Shown here: positions 59,259 to 64,000 of the stretch, one piece after another
Layout of the letters: each line of letters begins with the position of its first letter
Numbering within the stretch: position 1 is the first letter of the stretch
Assembly (NCBI GenBank): GCA_965199855.1
Contig: OZ241326.1
Location: forward strand, 1,056,001-1,120,000
Origin: a bacterium
Lineage (GTDB): Bacteria > UBA8248
Direction of reading: 5' to 3'
Length of the DNA: 64,000 nt
Translations under genes and position numbers: made by a program
The notes under the pieces: generated by a model
Told to the model about the DNA's origin: nothing
What the model saw: the letters and a program-made list of their open reading frames with translations, nothing else
Databases searched by the model: none

Positions 59259-59273
59259 GGCGGGGCGCGGGCG

Positions 59274-59846
59274 TTGGGCGGCGTCTATCTCGCGCTGATT
59301 CACCATCCGGTGCTGGATCGGGAAGGCGCCGTCGTGACCTCTTCCGTCACGAGCCTGGACTTGCACGATCTCGCCCGCGTGGGCCGCACCTATGGCGTCT
59401 CGGGCGTGTTCGTGATACACCCCTCCGCTCCCCAGCGCGCCTTCGTCGGGCGGGTGATAGGGCATTTCGTGGAGGGCCGGGGGCGGGCGCTGCATCCGCA
59501 GAGGGGCGAGACGCTCGAGTTCCTGGAAGTCCTGCCGTCGCTGGACGCGCTCGTCGAGGAGGTCGAGCGCAAGGAGGGGGCGAGGCCGCGCCTCGCGGCG
59601 ACGACGGCCAGGCGAGTCCCGCGCGCGGCGGCCTACGGCGGTCTGCGGGAGGAAATCAGGAAGAAGGCCGCCCCGCTCGTCCTCCTGTTCGGCACGGGCT
59701 GGGGGCTGGCGGCGGAGGCTCTGGAGCGCGCCGACCTGGTTCTGCCTCCCGTGCGCGCGGAGGCGGATACGGGGTTCAACCATCTTTCGGTTCGCGGCGC
59801 GGCGGCGATTGTGGTAGATCGCATTCTCGGCGAGAGGCGGGCGTGA
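59274..59846 (+). CDS. SPOUT RNA methyltransferase (DUF2168-like)
   Basis: [35 protein letters not shown]. Confidence 0.85.
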   Translation: MGGVYLALIHHPVLDREGAVVTSSVTSLDLHDLARVGRTYGVSGVFVIHPSAPQRAFVGRVIGHFVEGRGRALHPQRGETLEFLEVLPSLDALVEEVERKEGARPRLAATTARRVPRAAAYGGLREEIRKKAAPLVLLFGTGWGLAAEALERADLVLPPVRAEADTGFNHLSVRGAAAIVVDRILGERRA

Positions 59847-59877
59847 GGCCCGCCTCCTCAGGACAAGGAGCGGGCGG

Positions 59878-60225
59878 GTGAACATCATCGATAGAATCGA
59901 GCGCGAGGGAATGCGCAAGGATATCCCCGATTTCGAGCCGGGCGACACCGCGCGCGTCCACGTGAAGATCGTCGAGGGCGACAAGGAGCGCGTTCAGGTG
60001 TTCGAGGGCGTCGTCATCGGCAGGCGGGGCGGCGGACTCCGCGAGAGGTTTCGCGTCCGCAAGCTCTCCTACGGCGTCGGCGTGGAGCGCATCTTCCCGG
60101 TGCACTCTCCGAGGATCGACAAGATAGAGATCACCCGCAAGGGCCGGGTGCGCCGCGCGAAGCTCTACTATCTCCGGGCGCGCAAGGGCAAGGCGGCGCA
60201 GGTGAAGGAGCGCCGCAGAAGATAG
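59878..60225 (+). CDS. rplS: 50S ribosomal protein L19
   Basis: [34 protein letters not shown]. Confidence 0.98.
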   Translation: MNIIDRIEREGMRKDIPDFEPGDTARVHVKIVEGDKERVQVFEGVVIGRRGGGLRERFRVRKLSYGVGVERIFPVHSPRIDKIEITRKGRVRRAKLYYLRARKGKAAQVKERRRR

Positions 60226-60272
60226 CGCGGGCGCGAGCCTTTCCTCCCGCCCCGGCCCTTTCGCCTTCTCCC

Positions 60273-61262
60273 TCAGCCCTCCAGAAAATTCTGCGTCTCG
60301 GCGTATAGCGCCTCCCGGCTCCATTCATACTGGGCGAAGTGGGTGGCGTCTCCCAGGACGACGGAGCGCTTCCCCCGGCTGTTCGTCAGCGCGCGGTATG
60401 CGGCGGCGAAGATGGGGTCGGTCGAGCTTCGGTCGTGGTCTCCCCGGATGGTCAGAACCGGACAGGTGATTTTCGCCGCGTCGTAGAGCGGCTTGTTGCG
60501 CGAGCGATCGTAGGCGTCCGCCATCGCGCCGTTGGGAACGCGGACGGCGGGAATCCTCCGGCGCGCGCCCTCGGGGTCGAACCTGAGCTGCTCCGTCCAG
60601 AATCGCCTGATCGCCTTCTCCGCTCTCCACTTTGAATGCCGCCCCTTCGGGATGCTCCCGTCCCAGCGCGCCCGCTGGTAGCGCTCCGTGACCCAGCGCC
60701 ACGCCCCGCTTCGGGGGTCCCAGCGGCCGGGCCGCGCGGGGTCTTCCCGAAGGGCGGCCGCATCGGGGTCGTCGTATGCGTAGAAGGGGGCGTAGAGGAC
60801 GAGGCGGCGGACGCGGGCGCGGTTCGCGGCGGTGAAGGCGGCCGTGGTCGTGGTGCCCCACGACCAGCCGAGGAGGTTGAGCCTGCCTACCCCGTCTTTC
60901 GCGCGGATGAACCGCGCGGCGGCGTCGATGTCGCGCACCGCGGTGATTCCCCGCACGGCCGGGGGTTGCCCCCTGGGGCTTCGGAGCATTTCCGGCGGTC
61001 GCGTGGAGGGGCCGTATCCCCGGACGCAGAGGGCATAGACGCGAAAGCCCCGGCCGGCGATGAAGTCCATCCACGAATAGCCGGGCAGCGGCAGGTCGAA
61101 GGCGACGGGCGAGGGGGTGCTTTGCCCGTGCGCCATGAGCAGCGTGGCGGCGGCTTCGGCCTTCTCCATGCCCCGGGGCTTCTTCTCCCGCAGATGCAGC
61201 TTGACGCCGGGGTCGTGGGAGTCGATGAGGTAGTCCTGCCGAACGATTCCGGCGGCGGCCAA
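60273..61262 (-). CDS. Alpha/beta-fold hydrolase
   Basis: HG, RGYG.S, nucleophile elbow GWSWG, C-terminal ATH. Confidence 0.85.
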   Translation of the reverse strand: MAAAGIVRQDYLIDSHDPGVKLHLREKKPRGMEKAEAAATLLMAHGQSTPSPVAFDLPLPGYSWMDFIAGRGFRVYALCVRGYGPSTRPPEMLRSPRGQPPAVRGITAVRDIDAAARFIRAKDGVGRLNLLGWSWGTTTTAAFTAANRARVRRLVLYAPFYAYDDPDAAALREDPARPGRWDPRSGAWRWVTERYQRARWDGSIPKGRHSKWRAEKAIRRFWTEQLRFDPEGARRRIPAVRVPNGAMADAYDRSRNKPLYDAAKITCPVLTIRGDHDRSSTDPIFAAAYRALTNSRGKRSVVLGDATHFAQYEWSREALYAETQNFLEG

Positions 61263-61401
61263 GGCGTCTCCTCCGGTTCGGGGAATTCGGCGGCATTATC
61301 CCGGATTTTCGGGCGCGGCCCAAGCGGCGGCGGGCTTCGCCCTTGAGGCCCCCCGGATTCCTCGCTATATTGCGGAAATCCGCCGCCCCGCGTGGTCTTT
61401 C

Positions 61402-62001
61402 ATGTATTCCATCGAACGCGCTCTAGCAGGCGAAGGCGCGGCCGCCGTGGCGGGCGTGGACGAGGCCGGGCGCGGCCCTCTGGCGGGCCCGGTGGTGGCC
61501 GCCGCCGTGGTGCTGGACCCGGAGAATCCCGTTCACGGGCTGGACGACAGCAAAAAGCTCTCCCCGCGCCGCAGGGAGGCGCTGCTTTCCGAGATTCTCG
61601 CCAAGGCGCGCGCCGTCGCGCTGGCGGCGGCCGGCCCGCGCGAGATCGAAAGGGCGAACGTCCTGCAGGCCTCCCTTCGCGCGATGGCGACCGCCGTGGA
61701 GAGGCTGCGCCTCGCGCCCGCCCACGTCCTCATCGACGGGAACAGGAAGATTCGCACCCCCCTGCCGCAGACCCCTCTGGTGAAGGGGGACGCGCGGTGC
61801 GCCTGCATCGCGGCGGCGAGCGTGGTCGCCAAGGTGCATCGGGATCGGGTGATGGCGCGGATGGACGCGCGGTTTCCGGGCTACGGCTTCGGCAGGCACA
61901 AGGGATATCCCACGCGGCGTCACCTCGCCGCCCTGGCGCGGCGCGGCCCCTGCCGCATCCATCGCCGGACGTTCCGGGGCGTCCCGGCGGTCGGGAGGTG
62001 A
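61402..62001 (+). CDS. rnhB: Ribonuclease HII
   Basis: GVDEAGRGPLAGPV, DSKKL, IAAASVVAKV.RD, HKGYPT. Confidence 0.97.
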   Translation: MYSIERALAGEGAAAVAGVDEAGRGPLAGPVVAAAVVLDPENPVHGLDDSKKLSPRRREALLSEILAKARAVALAAAGPREIERANVLQASLRAMATAVERLRLAPAHVLIDGNRKIRTPLPQTPLVKGDARCACIAAASVVAKVHRDRVMARMDARFPGYGFGRHKGYPTRRHLAALARRGPCRIHRRTFRGVPAVGR

Positions 62002-62008
62002 GGACGCC

Positions 62009-62368
62009 GTGAGCCGGGCGGAGGGAGAGCGCGGCGAGGAGGCGGCCGTGAGGTTCCTGCGCCGCCGGGGCTACGAGATTCTCGAGCGAAATTATCGCGG
62101 GGCGCGCTACGAGGTGGACGTCGTCGCGCGCGAGGGGGAGGTGCTCGCGTTCGTGGAGGTGAAGGCCAGGGCGGCGGGCAGGTCGCAAAGCGGCGCGGAG
62201 GCGGTGGATTGGCGGAAGCAGCGCAGAATCGAGCAGGCCGCCCGGCACTACCTGATGACCCACCCGGAGGCGCGGGACCGCGTCTGCCGCTTCGACGTGG
62301 TGCTGCTGGAGGCGGAGGCGGGGAAAAAGCCGAAAGCCAAGGAACTGCTGAGGGACGCCTTCCGCTAG
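62009..62368 (+). CDS. yraN: YraN (UPF0102) family protein
   Basis: GE.GEEAA...L...GY.ILERN, FVEVKAR, RFDVV. Confidence 0.92.
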   Translation: MSRAEGERGEEAAVRFLRRRGYEILERNYRGARYEVDVVAREGEVLAFVEVKARAAGRSQSGAEAVDWRKQRRIEQAARHYLMTHPEARDRVCRFDVVLLEAEAGKKPKAKELLRDAFR

Positions 62369-62507
62369 CGTCTTCTTCCAGATGAATTTTGCGGAGCGGC
62401 GCCCGCGTCGGCCTGTTTTCGCCGCCGGCGCCTTTGTCCGTGGAGAAAATTCCCGATCGGGCGCGCGGCTTCCGCCGGGCCGGACGCTAGAATCCCCTCG
62501 CCCGCTC

Positions 62508-63287
62508 TCAGGGGTTGCGCGCGGCTATCAGGCGAAGCCCCAGGAGGGTGAGGTCGGGGTTGATCAGGTCGAATACCTTCGCCTCTTCGCTGAAGACCAG
62601 GCTCTGCCCGCCCGTCGCGACCACTTTCGCCCCCTCTCCGAGTTCGGCCTTCATGCGGGCGACGATTTCCCGCACCAGGCCCCGGTATCCGTAGGCGATG
62701 CCGGACTGGATGCTGTGGACCGTGTTCTTTCCGATGACCGAGGGGGGAACGGCGGTTTCGACCCTGGGGAGCCGCGCCGTCCGGTCGATGAGCGCCTCCA
62801 GCGCGATTCCCAGGCCGGGCGAGATGGCGCCGCCCAGGTATTCCCCGGCGGCGGACACCGCGTCGAAGGTGATGGCCGTGCCGAAGTCCACGATGACGAG
62901 CGGCCCGCCGTAGAGATGGTGGCCGGCGGCGGCGTTGACGATTCTGTCCGCGCCCACCTCGCGGGGGTTGTCGTATTTTATGGCGATTCCGGTGCGCGTT
63001 CCCGGGCCGACGACCAGCGGCTTCGCGCCGAAATAGCGCTTCGCCATCTCCTCCAGGGTCGGCGCCAGGGGGGGAACGACGCTCGCTATGACCATGCGCC
63101 CCACGTCCGACATGCGGCGCCCCTCGACCCGAAACAGGCCCTCCATGAGAATGGCCAGCTCGTCCGTCGTGCGGCGCGCCACGGAGCCGAGCCTCCAGCT
63201 CGCGAGCAGCGCCTCCCCGTCGAAAAGCCCCACGACGGTCTGCGTGTTGCCCACGTCGATGGCCAGCAAGTGGCCGCCCCGGCTCAC
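62508..63287 (-). CDS. coaX: Type III pantothenate kinase
   Basis: DVGNT, ASVVP, VGADR, VDFGTA, GGAISPG, ATGG. Confidence 0.95.
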   Translation of the reverse strand: MSRGGHLLAIDVGNTQTVVGLFDGEALLASWRLGSVARRTTDELAILMEGLFRVEGRRMSDVGRMVIASVVPPLAPTLEEMAKRYFGAKPLVVGPGTRTGIAIKYDNPREVGADRIVNAAAGHHLYGGPLVIVDFGTAITFDAVSAAGEYLGGAISPGLGIALEALIDRTARLPRVETAVPPSVIGKNTVHSIQSGIAYGYRGLVREIVARMKAELGEGAKVVATGGQSLVFSEEAKVFDLINPDLTLLGLRLIAARNP

Positions 63288-64000
63288 GCGCCCTCCACCT
63301 CGCCGGAATCCAGCCTCTCGACGGCGCCGTCCGCGGTCTCGAGCAGCAGGCGGCCCGCCTCGTCGACCCCCTTGGCCGTTCCGTTCATCTTCTTGTCCGG
63401 GAGGCGGACGGAGACGCTCTCGCCCAGGTGATCGCACAGGCGAAGCCAGCGCTTCCGGGCGGGGGCGAAGCCTTCCGCCTCATATTCCTCAAGCCGCGCG
63501 GCGATGCGCGCGAGAAGGACGCGCAGCAGGCGCGCCGCGTCGGGAACCCGCCCCCCCGCCAGAAGGAGGGAGGAGGCCGATTCGCGCAGCGCGGGGGGAA
63601 AATCGGCTTTGTCCGCCGCGAGGTTGACGCCGACGCCCGCGGCGACGGCCGGCGGCTCGCCGGGGAGGGCGGCGCATTCGCAGAGGATTCCCCCGATTTT
63701 TCTTTTTCCTATTCTCAGGTCGTTCGGCCATTTGAGCCCCACGCGGCGGCCCGCCGCCTCCTCGATGCCCTCGGCGACGGCGACGCCCAGGAGGAGCGTT
63801 ATGGCCTGCGGGACTTCCGTCCGGCGGGCGGGCCGGAGCAGCGCCGAGAAATACAGCCCGCCTCCGGGCGGGGAGAACCAGGCGCGTCCCCGCCTTCCCC
63901 TGCCCCGGGTCTGGGAGATCGCCCGGACGACGAGGCCCCCGGCCTCGCCTTTTCGCGCCCGCTCCAGAACCAGATCGTTGGTGGAAGCCGTCTCATGGAT
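63284..64000 (-). CDS. birA: Biotin--[acetyl-CoA carboxylase] ligase BirA (5' end lies beyond the window)
   Basis: STND, QTRGRGRRGRAWFSP, LKWPND, KIGGIL, GVGVN. Confidence 0.93.
   Translation of the reverse strand: MHETASTNDLVLERARKGEAGGLVVRAISQTRGRGRRGRAWFSPPGGGLYFSALLRPARRTEVPQAITLLLGVAVAEGIEEAAGRRVGLKWPNDLRIGKRKIGGILCECAALPGEPPAVAAGVGVNLAADKADFPPALRESASSLLLAGGRVPDAARLLRVLLARIAARLEEYEAEGFAPARKRWLRLCDHLGESVSVRLPDKKMNGTAKGVDEAGRLLLETADGAVERLDSGEVEGA

Overview
High-GC (about 70% by eye) bacterial chromosome segment, mostly housekeeping operons in a Deltaproteobacteria/Nitrospinota-like gene order (the taxonomic call is inference): smpB-ssrA, recD2-mazG/mutL, guaBA, dnaE-lipB-exbBD, rplM-rpsI-argCJ, rpsB-tsf-pyrH-frr-uppS-cdsA-dxr, pgpA-cinA-thpR-recA, fmt-rsmB-PASTA-rpe, ffh-rpsP-rimM-trmD-rplS-rnhB-yraN, birA-coaX. 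Small accessory insertions punctuate this backbone. The most notable are: (1) an autotransporter with a 16.6-copy 8-bp tandem repeat inside a leader ORF, where copy number selects one of three translational outcomes, flanked on both sides by mosaics of several REP-like palindrome families; (2) a three-gene cassette after recA with an extra DNA methyltransferase plus an M.PabI/R.PabI-like restriction DNA-glycosylase pair, matched by strong GTAC depletion across the window; (3) a TylF-family methyltransferase inserted in front of argC with a 39-bp duplication of the argC translation start. I saw no CRISPR array, integrase, transposase, tRNA or rRNA. All family assignments come from motif recognition by eye; no searches were run.
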